48,023 nucleotides of DNA from Octopus bimaculoides. Its lineage: Eukaryota. The stretch covers positions 67,261,316 through 67,309,338 of the forward strand of contig NC_068982.1 of the NCBI RefSeq assembly GCF_001194135.2, written 5' to 3'. Each line of letters starts with the position of its first letter. Position 1 is the first letter of the stretch. The notes under the pieces are model-generated. The model ran no database searches. It had not been told where the DNA came from and saw nothing but the letters and a program-made list of their open reading frames with translations. Position numbers and translations under genes: made by a program. Shown one piece after another: positions 24,483 to 38,959 of the stretch.

Positions 24483-26159
24483 CGATATAGATAGAGATCG
24501 ATAGATATAGATAGATAGATATATATAGATAGAGAGAGAGAGAGAGAGCATGGAAAGCGGATGTTAAACGATGATGACGATGATGATGATTGTCATCACC
24601 ATTGCAGTCATCGTTATATTCATTGTCATCATCATCATCACAATCATCACCCTTATGATTATCATTTTAATGTCTACTTTTCCATGCTTGCATAGGGCAC
24701 ATGAATGTATGTTGGGACAAGATGCCTTCCTTTTACCAGCCCCAACTTGTTTCCAAGCAAGGTAATAATTTCCAGTGTCTTGACTAGCAAACAGCCCAGA
24801 CATGTTTTATGTAAAGAACTGGAAATATATGACCCCATAGAAATGGGCCTTTTGTTTACAAAAATAGTGCAACATATCAAGGTATGTCGAGATGCCTAAT
24901 CATGCTCTCCTGGTGGACTGTAAGTGACCATCACTGTCAGGAAGCTATTGTCAATGAACCAACAAACGCAAAGGAAAACCAAAAAATTTCACACATGTGC
25001 ACACACACACACCACCACCACCATCACCACCACCACTGCCGCAGCTGTCATCGCCATAATCATCATCATCATCAGCATTTACTTTTCATCTTCCATGCTG
25101 GCATGGGTTGGATGGTTTGACAGGATCCAATAAGCCAGAGGACTGCATAGAGCTTCAATATCTGTTTTGGCATGGTTCTTATGGTTGGATGCCCTTCCTA
25201 ATGTTAACTACTTTACAGTGTACACACACACACACACACACACACAATATTATCTGGGTGATAACTTTATACCATGCTTTCCAAAGCTCCTTTTCAGGTG
25301 TTAGCTACTAGATGCTATTAGTAAGGTTTCCCCTTTTATTTGATATAGATGAGGAAATCTATGAGTATCCATAGATTATAAACAAAAGAATTTTAATATG
25401 AGAAAATGGAATAAACAGGCTATATATCATGATATGTCCATTTACATATAATAATTCTATTACGGAAATATGTGCACTATTCATTCTATAACTTGCTTAT
25501 GCAAGTAGCCATATATATATATATATATATAAAAATAGCAGGTTTCTTTCAGTTTCTGTATACTAAACTACCAAATCCACTTTGTGACTAGCCAATAGAA
25601 GATACTTACTCAAGGTGCCATGCAATGGGACTGAATGTGAAACCACATGGTCGGGAAGTGGACATTTTATCCACTTAGCCATGTTCTTGCAGTGTCTGGC
25701 TGAAATATAATGGTTGCAAGTTTCATTTAACTTGCTGCTTATTTTCTTTCTTTTTTAATTAGTAGATAATGTCTGTATTTTTTTTTTGTTCTCTTAATAA
25801 TCATTGATTTAACATTCTTTTCACATATATACATGCATGTCTACATGTGTAAACTCATAGATATATAATTACCCATAGAATAATATGTTATGTATTTTTA
25901 ATGTAAATTATGTATCTAAATCAATAACTAAATCATAAAAATATTGTTTAGTTATAGAAATACTCTTGATAATAACCATTTATTCCAATATGTATAGGGA
26001 AGCATATAGAATCACTTAAGATCACAATTGTTTCTGATTTGATAAACAATTATATCAGACATTTATTTTCTTTTGCTTTTATTTTTTTCTTTATGTTGTT
26101 ATTATTATTTTTTTAATCTTTGATTAACAATCATTTAATGAAATAATGTCTAATGGATT

Positions 26160-26424
26160 TTAACCCTTTTGATACCAACCCACCCAAGATCACCACTAGT
26201 TCTATTATACAACTTTACTGCATTAAAGTGATCTAAATATAAATCTCCTATCAAAACTTCATGTTAATTTATGTTTCAAACACAGGTTTAACAATGATAG
26301 TTAATTAACAAAATTCTAAAAAGCAGCTTATCAATGACAGCTATTTAAGTGAAATTCTTCGTTTTCAAAATTAATGAAACAAAGTCATATATTTTAGAAG
26401 AAATATGTAACAAAAGGGTTTTAA
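26160..26424. mobile_element. piggyBac-like MITE
   Basis: TTAA-CCCTTTTGATAC left end and GTAACAAAAGGG right end (11/12 complementary). Inverted partial copies at ~26835-27025. Confidence 0.6.
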
Positions 26425-26739
26425 AAAAAAGGAGCTAAATGTTAATATGTTTTCAACCAATAGAAATGTCTATGTTAATTAGCTTCAGTTTTATTTTGTT
26501 TGCGTCTTCAAACTTATATTCATCTGCTACTGTGCTTTCAGCTGATTTTGCTATAGGTATCCTAAAGTTTCACTTGAAAATGTCAAAATCTAACAGCCGA
26601 CTTGGTAGAAGCCTGCAAGATTATCCACTATCTTTCTAACAACATACTTGGCCACCTTATAGAATTCAAAATCTCTGCTACTTATAGACATGCTTATAAA
26701 ATTTAAAAAAAAAAAAACCAAAAAAAAAAACCAGCATAA

Positions 26740-26830
26740 TACCCTTAACTTTTGAAAACATTTTTTCCTGCTCGGAATTGTTGCGGTATGGAATAAACTA
26801 CCCCTCATCAGTTGTTAGTTGTCAGAACAC
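26740..26830 (+). mobile_element. CR1/L2-type LINE 3' coding remnant
   Basis: FFLLGIVAVWNKLP resembles the CR1-group terminal FFxxRVVxxWNxLP motif. Confidence 0.45.
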
Positions 26831-27373
26831 TGTGCCCTTCAGGCAATTTTGTTTTAAAGAACCATACAGTTTGGTATCAAAAGGGTCGACCTTATTGTTA
26901 TCATATTTCTGTTGAAATATACTACCTTAGTTTCAATTAATTTTGAAAATAATGAAGAATTTATTAACATAACTTTGTTAAGCTGGTGTTTGGAACACAA
27001 ATTATTATTTGGAACATAAATTATCTTGCTTGACAGCCAGTTTCACTGCACAACAAATTGGGTGAGAATGTTCTATATTACCTTAGTAAAACCAAATAAT
27101 GAAAAAAGTCATTTACAAAAGTCTTCCAAATTCCTAATGTTTTTTTTCTTCAAATTTAATGAAACATTGACAGAGAGTATCTTTGTATCTTTTACTTGTT
27201 TCAGTCATTGGACTGCAGTCATGCAGGGGGGTGGGGCACTGCCTTGAAGAGTTTAGTTGAACAAATCAACCCAGTACTAATTTTTAAAGCTTGGTAGGTT
27301 GGTACTTATTTTATCAGCCTCTTTTTGCCAAAATGCTAAGTTATGGGGATATAAACAAACCAANNNNNNNNNN

Positions 27374-27428
<55 letters not shown>

Positions 27429-28189
27429 TGGGCTTCTTTCAATTTCTGTCTACAAAATCCACTCACAAGGCTTTGGTTGGACTGGAACTATAGTGGAAGA
27501 TGCTTTGCATTGAGACTGAACACAAAACCATGTGGTTGGAAATTAAACTTCTTACCACACAGCTATACCTGCACTGTGCCTATGTACATAGATTTCTTTA
27601 GAAATTTTGTCAAGAAAGAATTAAACAAAACTTTAAAACAAAAAAAAATATATAAATAATGGAGTTGATAATTATCAAATTTTCTAACAAATGTGCTAAA
27701 AAGAATTCTGACGAGATAAAATGAAAATAAGAAATGTACACCACCATCACCACCATCACCGTCATTATCATTTCTTTAATGCCTGCTTTTTTATAGCATG
27801 TTGGGTGTATTTCTTATGGTACCAGCTCAAGAGAGGTTTCACCCACTACTCAAAGGGTGTACAGGATAAAGAAGCTTTTCGAAGTGGCACCTGGGACAGG
27901 AGTCAGAATGCCTTGTATACAGTAGCCCATCCAACACATTTTACTTGCTTTCTAAGACTTGGTACCCTTCTTATTGCCATCCACTTTACAAAGTATACTA
28001 AGAGCATCTTTCTTAGTGACACTAACAGTGGAGAGGTTGAGCAGTCTTCAGCAAGACAAAACTAATCACAGGTTGAACAAAGGAACTGCAGAACCCTATG
28101 TTTTCTCTGCTCATTTGCCATCCACTTTACATCTTTCATGGCACCAACATTAAGGAAGTTGTAAAAAAAATGGTAAATGGTAGAGCTAC

Positions 28190-28423
28190 CTTCTCAAGTC
28201 ATAACCACTCATAAGGGCTGGTTTCCTGGTTTCGATGACATATAAATTTCCAACCTGGATTGGACTCCAGTCTATCAGAGGATTACTCATTTTTGCCAGT
28301 TGAGTGGATTGGAGCAATGTAAAATTAAGTGTTTTGCTCAAGAACACAATGCATTGCCTGGTCCAGGAATCAAAACCACAATCCTACAATTGTGAAACCC
28401 TAACCACTAAGCCATGTGCTTCT
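28190..28423 (-). mobile_element. tRNA-derived SINE (same family as 1570-1870)
   Basis: cttgctcaagaacacaa-like core and ctaaccactaagccatgtgc head on the plus strand. Confidence 0.65.
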
Positions 28424-28818
28424 ACATTCGAGAGGTTGTCTTGCTTACCACTCAGAAGGAGTGGAGGGGAGGGGGGGGTCTTTGCATTGTGGTGCCCACA
28501 CTGGAGACAGGATGCCTTGTAAACAATATCTGTAGAGAGTACTCCGAAACCTTAGACACGTAGACTGAAGAAAAGAATAGGAGAGAGAGGGAAAGAGAAA
28601 GAGAGAGAGGGAAAGAGAAAGAGAGAGAGAGAAAGAGAAAGAACAGAATAAATAAATAAATAAATAGAAAGCTCTCATTAACAAAACATTATTCAAAAGA
28701 GTAAGAGAAAAGATTATTCCACTTCTACTTTTCTTCAACGAATGTCCATCATTTTGCTGATCCATTGAATGTAGCTTTGAAGAAATAAGCCCTGTCAGTT
28801 TGCATTAAACAGTAATAG

Positions 28819-28853
<35 letters not shown>

Positions 28854-30015
28854 TTAATGTCTATCTTCAATCTTGCATGGGAATGATGGTTTGACAAAAT
28901 CCACTGCATTGTTCTCCAATCTTTGTTTTGGTATGGTTTCTATGACTGGATGCCTTTCCTAACACCAACTGCTTTACAGCATGTACTAAGTGCTTTTGTT
29001 TTGTGCTGTGAGCACTATGGAGGCTGCCATGCAGCTCGCTAGACTATGAACTCTAAGGGAGGTGGGGGTCAGTTTTATGCTGGGAATGAGGGGTTGGAGT
29101 ATGAAAGATGGTGTGTGTGTGTTGGGGGGAGTAAAACAGGTTCTTATAGAAGAGCTGCATGGCTACTCCTGTTTAGCAGAGGAGGGAGAGAATGATCAGT
29201 AGAGAAACTGCAAAGAGATAGCTAGTTGAGAGGAGATGTCCAGGTGGCCCATCAAGGCGAGGAGAAGTGGGTGGATGGCAGTTTGAAAGATTCTATGGTG
29301 AGTTGGAGATGAAGGGATAGGAGAAGCAGCCTTCAACTGTAAAAAGAATGGGTAGAGTTGAAGGGTGATGACCAATGAGTCATGAGTTGGGGAGGATACA
29401 GGAATGCATAAGAGAGTAGTTGGTGGGGTGGGATGGGGTGGGGAGCAAGATAGTAATGATATAGTTTACTAGACTATATTCTANNNNNNNNNNGATGGGA
29501 TGGGGTGGGGAGCAAGATAGTAATGATATAGTTTACTAGACTATATTCTATATTACAATGTAATCAGCTAACCAGTTGATTGCATTGTACTCAACGAGTT
29601 AGTTGCCTTTTAATTTATGATCACTGCTCCAAATACTGTTTGTTTCACTGCTATTGATGAAATATGGCCTCTTGCTTAATTAGTCTACAAACATGGATGC
29701 ATATACAAGGTCACTTGTACTTGTCTAAGGATTGCATTTTAGGTTTGTGCAAATATATTGATTTCTTCTCTTGATTGTGTACAAATCTATAGGTTTATAA
29801 ACAACATTCATGCTGCTGCTGCTGCTGCTGGTGTTGCTTTTACTGTTGCTGATGGTGGTGGCAGTGGCATGGCGATGGTAGTGGCGGTGGGAGTGGGGGC
29901 GAGTGATGATGACCATCATGATTCATGCTTTGCTCTATATTAGCAACATACAGGAAATGAAATGACTTGAACAATAAATCATAAATATGATACAGATTCT
30001 GTTTACTTGTCCATG

Positions 30016-30088
<73 letters not shown>

Positions 30089-30351
30089 GTATGTATATAT
30101 ATATATATGTATATATATTTCTCCTCCATTACCTTGTCATCATCATCATCATCATCATCAGCATCATCATTTTCATCATCCCTATTGTTTTTTTTATATC
30201 TGCTTTCCCATGTTAGCATGGATAAGGGGGACTTTTGAAGCAGTGTTTTATGGCTAGGTGCTCTTCCTGTTGCTAATCATTTTAAGCCACCTCTTATGAT
30301 ATAGGGATAAAAATTCCGTTGATATATATAGAAATGGTTTATGTGTGTGTG

Positions 30352-30398
<47 letters not shown>

Positions 30399-30399
30399 T

Positions 30400-31030
30400 C
30401 AGTCAGTTGTCCATAAGTCTGAAATGAAGCACACTTTAAAATAAATTTTTTAAGCAGTAATATTTTATGTAGTCATTAGTTATGGCTGGTCAGAAAGTTA
30501 CTACTGGTTTCATGTCTATTGTTGCACTTAGGCATGTAGGTGACTCATCAGACCTGTTGGCTGGAGGCACATACCTTCCATACTAATGGAGGTAAAAATA
30601 CAGTCATGGTCAGCTTGGTGGTGCAAAAAAACCCTGAAAAGAAATTTTTCTGAAATGCAAATCATTTCTGGAAGAGATAGAGTTACCTGCTTTTGAACAG
30701 TTCCAGTTCTGTCCAAAAAGGTCAGATTATGTGCATTTTCCATTCGCTAGTCAGCAAGTGGAGAAGCCTATGTTTTCAACATGAATTTTCTATCATGAGG
30801 GCACTGACTAAAAATTTTGCTTTTTGAATTTAAGAAGATGCCTCAATCAAGAGAAATATTTAGGATCCTTGTTGTTTTGGCCAAGTAAAATTTGCACTGT
30901 CTGTTCCTATTGTGGTATGGCCTAGGCTGTTCTTGGAGCTCCTATTTAATCCTGTGTGGCATTCTTTCTGCTTTTAAACAACATATGTAGCTGGCCAATT
31001 CTATCATGTTGTGCCTCTCCAGGATCTTAA
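30400..31030 (+). mobile_element. Decayed Tc1/mariner-superfamily transposase remnant
   Basis: EAHTFHTNGGKN...QKNP (30564-30636) resembles DEAHFHLNGxVN...ENP. Downstream KVRLCAFS and a frameshifted SPxLNPC-like segment (~30938-30970) follow in the expected order. Confidence 0.5.
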
Positions 31031-31989
31031 AAGAAGACCTGTGATTATTTAGCATCAGGAAGGGCACCTAGCCATAAAACACTGCTCCAACATATATCCA
31101 TGTAAGTGTCCTTACATTGTTGGTGCTGCTGTTGTTGCTGCTACTGCTACTGTCGCTGCCGTTACTGTCAGCCACCACCTCTGCCTCATAGACCATAGCC
31201 TTGGAACTGCATTAACCACCTACTGGGCACTCACTGTTAGCCCTACATGAGCATCTTGCCTCTCTGTTGAGTTCAGGAGCATTCGCTAAAATTTTTTTCA
31301 TGCTGGGCACACAGCTGAATGAGACCTTTAAGTTGTACCTATTAAATAGTCATCTGTACTTATGGGATTGCATAAAATGCTTATCTACTAATCTAAAGAA
31401 GACCCTTCTCATACAGGGTTTTGACATTGAGTGAGAAGGGTGGGGTAAACGCTGTCTGGTTGATAACAGATGACTTCTCTATTCAGTGGATAACAAGTAA
31501 ATGAAGGAGCCTCTATATAATCACTCAATCTTCAAGCAAAAACCAACCAAATCTTCCTCCAATTCCATGTTCTTGTCTTTCAAAATAGGAAGATATATTG
31601 AATAATGCAGTCCCATATAAAATATTTTCTGAAAAGATGGTATAGTTACAGCTAGACAACATTTGATCATTAGGTTACTTGATCAGATTCGACCTGGGAC
31701 TAAATAGCTGCTGCAACAATGATTTAATACATGGATGGTGAGATATAGAAAGGTTAAAAAATCTGTAAAACAATCAGTCCCATGATAATATAAATTATAT
31801 ATCTAGATTTATAGCTAGCTATTTATCTATAGTTCTGTCTATCTATATAACTATGCATATATCTATCTATTTATTTTTTGATCTGACTGACAAAAAGAAA
31901 GATATTGATTTTCTAATACCTGTAATTCTATCTATACTTCTCAAAATTCATAACTTCCTTTTCTACTTTATATCTCTATCTTTTCTCTT

Positions 31990-32266
31990 ACAATAACACT
32001 TTGTTTCAATACACCCCACACACCCACACACATGCACAAATACACACATAAACACACAGACACAAAAACACACACACATACACACACATACACACATAAA
32101 CGCACATGGAAACACACAAACATGCACATACACATATACATACACACATACCCACACACACACACAAACACACACACATACTCACATACACACACACATA
32201 AACACACATACACACACATACACATACACACATTTTCGCACACACACATTCACACACACATACTCA

Positions 32267-32308
<42 letters not shown>

Positions 32309-32476
32309 CACATNNNNNNNNNNNNNNNNNNNNNNNNNNNNNNNNNNNNNNNNNNNNNNNNNNNNNNNNNNNNNNNNNNNNNNNNNNNNNNNNNNNNNNN
32401 NNNNNNNNNNNNNNNNNNNNNNNNNNNNNNNNNNNNNNNNNNNNNNNNNNNNNNNNNNNNNNNNNNNNNNNNNNNN

Positions 32477-32539
<63 letters not shown>

Positions 32540-32545
32540 CACATA
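31990..32545. repeat. Long degenerate (CA)n tract
   Basis: Direct reading. One of dozens of (CA)n/(TA)n tracts, which account for most ORF-track entries. Confidence 0.95.
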
Positions 32546-32717
32546 AAAGCGCTGCATCTTCTGATGCACACCAGCTGTACTGCCTACCTCTTCAGGGTAT
32601 GTCTGTACTATAGACAATACAATTTAAAAATGCAGATATTGGACTACGCTATTAATATGCTGAGCTTAAATCATTAAGTCATGCAGAGTGCATTATATCT
32701 TTCTGTCTGTGTGTCAG

Positions 32718-32814
<97 letters not shown>

Positions 32815-33010
32815 TTATCTATCTATCTACCTATCTATCACACACACACTAACACATATATCATCATCATTATTTAATGTCCACCATGTATGTATGTATG
32901 TATGTGCGTATGTATGTATGGGTGTATGTATGTACCTATCTTTGTATGTGTGTGTATCTCTATCTTTGTGTGTATCTCTCTATCTTTGTGTGTAAGTGTG
33001 TGTGTGCGTG

Positions 33011-33071
<61 letters not shown>

Positions 33072-34137
33072 AATATATAAGGGTCAGAAAACATCCCACT
33101 GGTCAGAAAGATGTTACCAGTTGATGTTTGAGCTTTATTGTTAAAGACAATTTATCTTCTTAGCATGGTTAGAAGTAATACGATTAATTGTCATAAGAAG
33201 TTGTCTCTTAATCCATAGCCAAGATTAGTTTAATCTTTCTGTGTGGTTCTCTTCAATGAATTTTCACAGCAGTTTAGTTAACACATATTCTGGTTAGTAT
33301 CAATATTCTAAAGCTTACTTCATTCTATATGATAGAAATAAGAGCAAACATTATTTGCAGTCTTATTCTGAGGCCAACACTGATAGGAGAGATAAGGTGT
33401 TTGACTTGTCATCATTGTCATCATCATCATCATCATCATCATCGTCGTCATCATCATCATCATCACCATCATTATTGTCATCGTTGTTGTTGTCATCATC
33501 ATCCTCATCATTGTTTTAAAGTCCACTTTTCCATGTTTTCCTGGTTCAGACAGAATTTGTTAAAGTAGATTTTTCTATGGCTGGATGCATTTCCTGTCAT
33601 TAACCATCACTCGTTTCTGAGCAAAGTAATCTTCCTTCATAGCCAGATCACATCTATACAGAAGATTGGAAACAAGGGACACCACTTATACAGTAACATT
33701 TGTTTACTACTGTTGTATGATGCAAGACAAGGAGAGACTAATATGACCTGCCCACCCCGCATATATAAACGTGTGTGTGTGTATTTGAATTAATGGGAAA
33801 TAGGCTAGGAAATTCATTGTTATTTCATGCCGTTCCACATGTTTACTATAATTGCTATATATCAAATTCTAGAAGCGAAATAGACAATATAGAGATGAAT
33901 AGATGAGAGTTATAGTAAGCTGTCAATAGAACCAATTCTGTAATTTGATTTCCATTCCATAATTGAATCATTTATTTTCTTTCATGTCTGTCAATGCTTT
34001 GGGAAAAAAAGTATCAATTTCATGTTCTATTTTCTGTTCCCCTGCAGTAAGAAATTCTAATTCAAAAATGATAGAAAGCTATGCTTAAGCAAGTTAATCA
34101 AGTTAATCAATTGATCACATTTGCATGAGATAAACAA

Positions 34138-34219
<82 letters not shown>

Positions 34220-34495
34220 CATCATCATCATCATCATCATTTAACATCCACTTCCCATATTGGCATAGATTGGATGATTTGACTGAAAACTGGTAAGCTG
34301 GGGAGCTGCACCAGGTTCCAATCTGATTTGGCAAGGTCCCTATGGCTGGATGACCTTCCTAATACCAACCACTCTGAGAGTGTCGTGGGTGTTTTTACAT
34401 GCTACCGGCATGGGTGCCATTAACCTGAGACCAGCATCAGCCATGACTATTGTCTCACTTGGCTTGACAGGTCTACACAAGCGCAGTACATCACC

Positions 34496-34548
<53 letters not shown>

Positions 34549-35473
34549 TGTGTGTGTATGTATATATATANNNNNNNNNNNNNNNNNNNNNNNNNNNNNN
34601 NNNNNNNNNNNNNNNNNNNNNNNNNNNNNNNNNNNNNNNNNNNNNNNNNNNNNNNNNNNNNNNNNNNNNNNNNNNNNNNNNNNNNNNNNNNNNNNNNNNN
34701 NNNNNNNNNNNNNNNNNNNNNNNNNNNNNNNNNNNNNNNNNNNNNNNNNNNNNNNNNNNNNNNNNNNNNNNNNNNNNNNNNNNNNNNNNNNNNNNNNNNN
34801 NNNNNNNNNNNNNNNNNNNNNNNNNNNNNNNNNNNNNNNNNNNNNNNNNNNNNNNNNNNNNNNNNNNNNNNNNNNNNNNNNNNNNNNNNNNNNNNNNNNN
34901 NNNNNNNNNNNNNNNNNNNNNNNNNNNNNNNNNNNNNNNNNNNNNNNNNNNNNNNNNNNNNNNNNNNNNNNNNNNNNNNNNNNNNNNNNNNNNNNNNNNN
35001 NNNNNNNNNNNNNNNNNNNNNNNNNNNNNNNNNNNNNNNNNNNNNNNNNNNNNNNNNNNNNNNNNNNNNNNNNNNNNNATATATACATATATAATGCATC
35101 TATGTACGTATGTATGCATAACAGGTTTCTTTCAGTTTCTGCCTATCAGATCCACTCACTAGGATTTAGACATTCTGGGACTTTAGTGAAAGACACTTGA
35201 TCATCCTCACCACCACCACCACCACCACCACCACTACCACCACCACCACCACCATAACCACCATTGCCAAATGCACTTATGCCCCATATTGAAATCACAG
35301 ATATGATTATCTATAGACAATGTCTTTGTCTGTGATTAATCCAATAAAAATTGACTCTGCTATCTCAGCATGAAGCTAAATGGTTTGAAGGATTGCCATA
35401 TCTTTTCTTTAATATAATTGGCTAAGGCAAATTTTATGTGTAAACATGTAAAAGCATATTTATACGTGTTATT

Positions 35474-35521
<48 letters not shown>

Positions 35522-35889
35522 ACAAAGTGGTTAAGTTTGATCTTAAAATACCAAACCTCATGGAAGCAATGACAAAGAACTGTTATGGATTGGTGACATG
35601 TAGCCCTTGAGAAGAACCAGGTACCTGTAGATGCATAGTGAAATGAATGTTTAAATGGTGGTAATTATGGAGGCTGGAAAGTATAATACAATATACATAT
35701 ATGTTTGAGAGGTAATATTTATCCCCACTTAAACTTGGATGTTCTGTTAGGACAAATTATAATGTGGAAGAGAACATGACAGAAACTCTCACATTAACCT
35801 TTGATGCAAAACACTATTGTTTATATCACTAGCAGGGAAATAAATCCTTGCCATCTCCATCGCTGAGACCACTATTGCTTGACAACTAA

Positions 35890-36050
35890 TATTGGTGTGT
35901 GTTTACATCCCTGTAACTTAGCAGTTTGGCAAAAGACACTGATAGAATAAGTACTAGGTTTACAAAGAATAAGTCCTGGGGTTGATTTGTTCAACTAAAG
36001 GCAATGCTCCAGCATGGCCGCAGTCAAATGACGGAAACAAATAAAGGAAT
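35890..36050 (+). mobile_element. SINE 3' portion (gtaacttagc...cagcatggccgcagtcaaatga family)
   Basis: Reverse-complement relatives at ~27185-27362 and ~47590-47755. Confidence 0.6.
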
Positions 36051-36070
36051 ATATCTTTATATATATATAT

Positions 36071-36301
36071 CGAGATCGTTGCCGGTGCCCCTAGACTGGC
36101 TCATGTGCGGGCGACACATGAAATCTTTCGAGTGAGATCGTTGCCAGTGCCCCTGGACTGGCTCTTGTGCGGGTGACACAAGAAATTTTTCAAGCGAGAC
36201 TGTTGCCAGTGCCCCTGGACTGGTTCTTGTGCAGGGCCGTTGTAGGATTTTCGAGCGAGGTCGTTGCTGGTTCCCCTGGACTGGCTCATGTGCGGGCGAC
36301 A
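36071..36301 (+). repeat. ~60-bp minisatellite (at least 4 units, runs into an N gap)
   Basis: Unit cgagcgagatcgttgccagtgcccctggactggctcWtgtgcggg... matches the 5' part of the 14790 and 24178 elements. Confidence 0.85.
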
Positions 36302-36696
36302 NNNNNNNNNNNNNNNNNNNNNNNNNNNNNNNNNNNNNNNNNNNNNNNNNNNNNNNNNNNNNNNNNNNNNNNNNNNNNNNNNNNNNNNNNNNNNNNNNNN
36401 NNNNNNNNNNNNNNNNNNNNNNNNNNNNNNNNNNNNNNNNNNNNNNNNNNNNNNNNNNNNNNNNNNNNNNNNNNNNNNNNNNNNNNNNNNNNNNNNNNNN
36501 NNNNNNNNNNNNNNNNNNNNNNNNNNNNNNNNNNNNNNNNNNNNNNNNNNNNNNNNNNNNNNNNNNNNNNNNNNNNNNNNNNNNNNNNNNNNNNNNNNNN
36601 NNNNNNNNNNNNNNNNNNNNNNNNNNNNNNNNNNNNNNNNNNNNNNNNNNNNNNNNNNNNNNNNNNNNNNNNNNNNNACGACGACGACGATATAGC

Positions 36697-36749
<53 letters not shown>

Positions 36750-36929
36750 GGAGAGAGAAAGAAAGAATGATAAACTCATTTGTAATTTGTAGGCCTCTCA
36801 ATGTCATGTTATGCATCTTACAACAGGCTATAATCTAACTGACCATCAATGCCATGCCATACTGACCTTCAAGCTATACCCAGCCTTATCTCCATCAACA
36901 TCTAAAAACTTGTTGAGTACATAAAGAGA

Positions 36930-37110
36930 ATCTGCTAAAGGTCTATCAAGGAAATGCTTTGAGGGATTGGCTGAAGGTCAAAAGAACCACAATGCCCCGA
37001 AATTAAGATGGAGGGTGAAACATTACATACAGATGCAACCATAACAACTGGACCACAATAAACCTTACTAGAAATGATAAGAATAGATGGAGACATATGT
37101 ATTTGTGTAA
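36930..37110 (+). mobile_element. Decayed RTE-like C-terminal remnant
   Basis: gaaggtcaaaagaaccac...ccgaaattaagatggagg resembles EGxR..GxPKLRW, with frameshifts. Confidence 0.35.
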
Positions 37111-37174
37111 TGTAGTAGTCTTCAAATTTGTTGGAAACCAAAATGTAATTATACATACACACACACATACATAC

Positions 37175-37223
<49 letters not shown>

Positions 37224-37515
37224 NNNNNNNNNNNNNNNNNNNNNNNNNNNNNNNNNNNNNNNNNNNNNNNNNNNNNNNNNNNNNNNNNNNNNNNNNNNNN
37301 NNNNNNNNNNNNNNNNNNNNNNNNNNNNNNNNNNNNNNNNNNNNNNNNNNNNNNNNNNNNNNNNNNNNNNNNNNNNNNNNNNNNNNNNNNNNNNNNNNNN
37401 NNNNNNNNNNNNNNNNNNNNNNNNNNNNNNNNNNNNNNNNNNNNNNNNNNNNNNNNNNNNNNNNNNNNNNNNNNNNNNNNNNNNNNNNNNNNNNNNNNNN
37501 NNNNNNNNNNNNNNN

Positions 37516-37560
<45 letters not shown>

Positions 37561-38959
37561 ATTTATGGTTGCATCATTTGAAACGTATTTATAGATTTGA
37601 CCTGTCAGAAAGGCTTCAAATACATATTCATAGTTAGCATATACCATATGTGTGTTTGTACTTGTATGTTTATGTCTCCATAGTTCATATTTCTTTTTCT
37701 TTTTTCTTTTATCTTTTCTTTTCTATCTTATCAACATACCTAGATATAAAGTTGGCAGCCATTGTTGTTTGACATCCGCAGTGGATAATACATTGCTGGA
37801 AATGCAGTAAGTTATAACAGGATAAGCAGTATCAATATGACTGGTTATTGATTTGTTTATTGAACTGCTACAAGTCCTGCAGATGGTGATGGCATCTCAT
37901 ACACTTTTACAGCTAACATCTTATTTATCTTAAGAGGTAACAGAATACAAGCTTTTATTTAGCTGAGGAAGGTAATATGGTAACAACATGTCTTCTCAAG
38001 CTACTGCTGCTGCTACTGATGTTTTTTGTTGTTTATTTTATTAATTTTTTTGTGCCCTGAAACATATAAGGTAGGTTACCTCTTTTCCATAGCACAAAGT
38101 GACAAGGTCACAACATTCCTCCTAAATGGGACATCAGTCCATTGCAGCATTCAAAACAAGCATTTTGGTGTGGGATTTGGCAAATCAATTACATTGATCC
38201 CTGTACTTTACTGGTACTTATTTTATCAACCCCAAAAGGATGAAAGGCAAAATTAACTTTGGTAGGATTTGAACTCAAAACATAAAGAGCTATGAGAAAT
38301 GCCACTAAACATTTTGCTTGATGTGCTAATAATGCTGTCAGTCTGCCATCTTCTGCTGCTACTGCTGTTTTAGATAAATTAAATAATAAATAATAGCCAG
38401 ATGTTTAGATGCTTAATCATTAAAATTGATTATGATTTCTGATTGAAACTTTGATGAGTATGAAAATTGAGAGCTGAAACTGAATATTAAATATTCATGT
38501 CTTTTATTGACTATTTGTTTTGTTATAAGGTTGTAATTGTTATACATAGAAACTTTGTCATAAGAGTGTTTGATCTTTGAAAATATAAAGAGGTCTTGAC
38601 AAGCATTAAGATGAACTACTGGTGTGTTTATCAGCAAAAGAATAACATGTACCAAAAACAAGGAAAAAACATGTGACTTCTTCTATTAAGTGACTTGACA
38701 CTGCAGTGACATGCTGGACAACATGCTTAATTGCATCCAATATGGTGTCTAGAATATATCTGCTTGTAAATGTCTTTTGTGTCCTATTTGCTTTTCATCA
38801 TTCCAGAGTTGATAAATTACATTAATATTCATACTGCTTCTTACAAAAAAGCAAAAAGGACAGGTACTTAAACAAAAAAGAAATATGTTCATTTACAGAG
38901 ATGATATAGAAGAATTCAGTTCTTAGTATTTATGTTGAAGCTTCTAGAATCAAGCTTAA

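Noticed and set aside
29432-29550. ~52-bp direct repeat around a 10-N gap
   Set aside because: Same assembly-overlap signature; not treated as biological.
36071-36301. Regularly spaced repeats superficially like a CRISPR array
   Set aside because: Units are contiguous with no unique spacers, derive from a retroelement, and lie in a eukaryotic intron.
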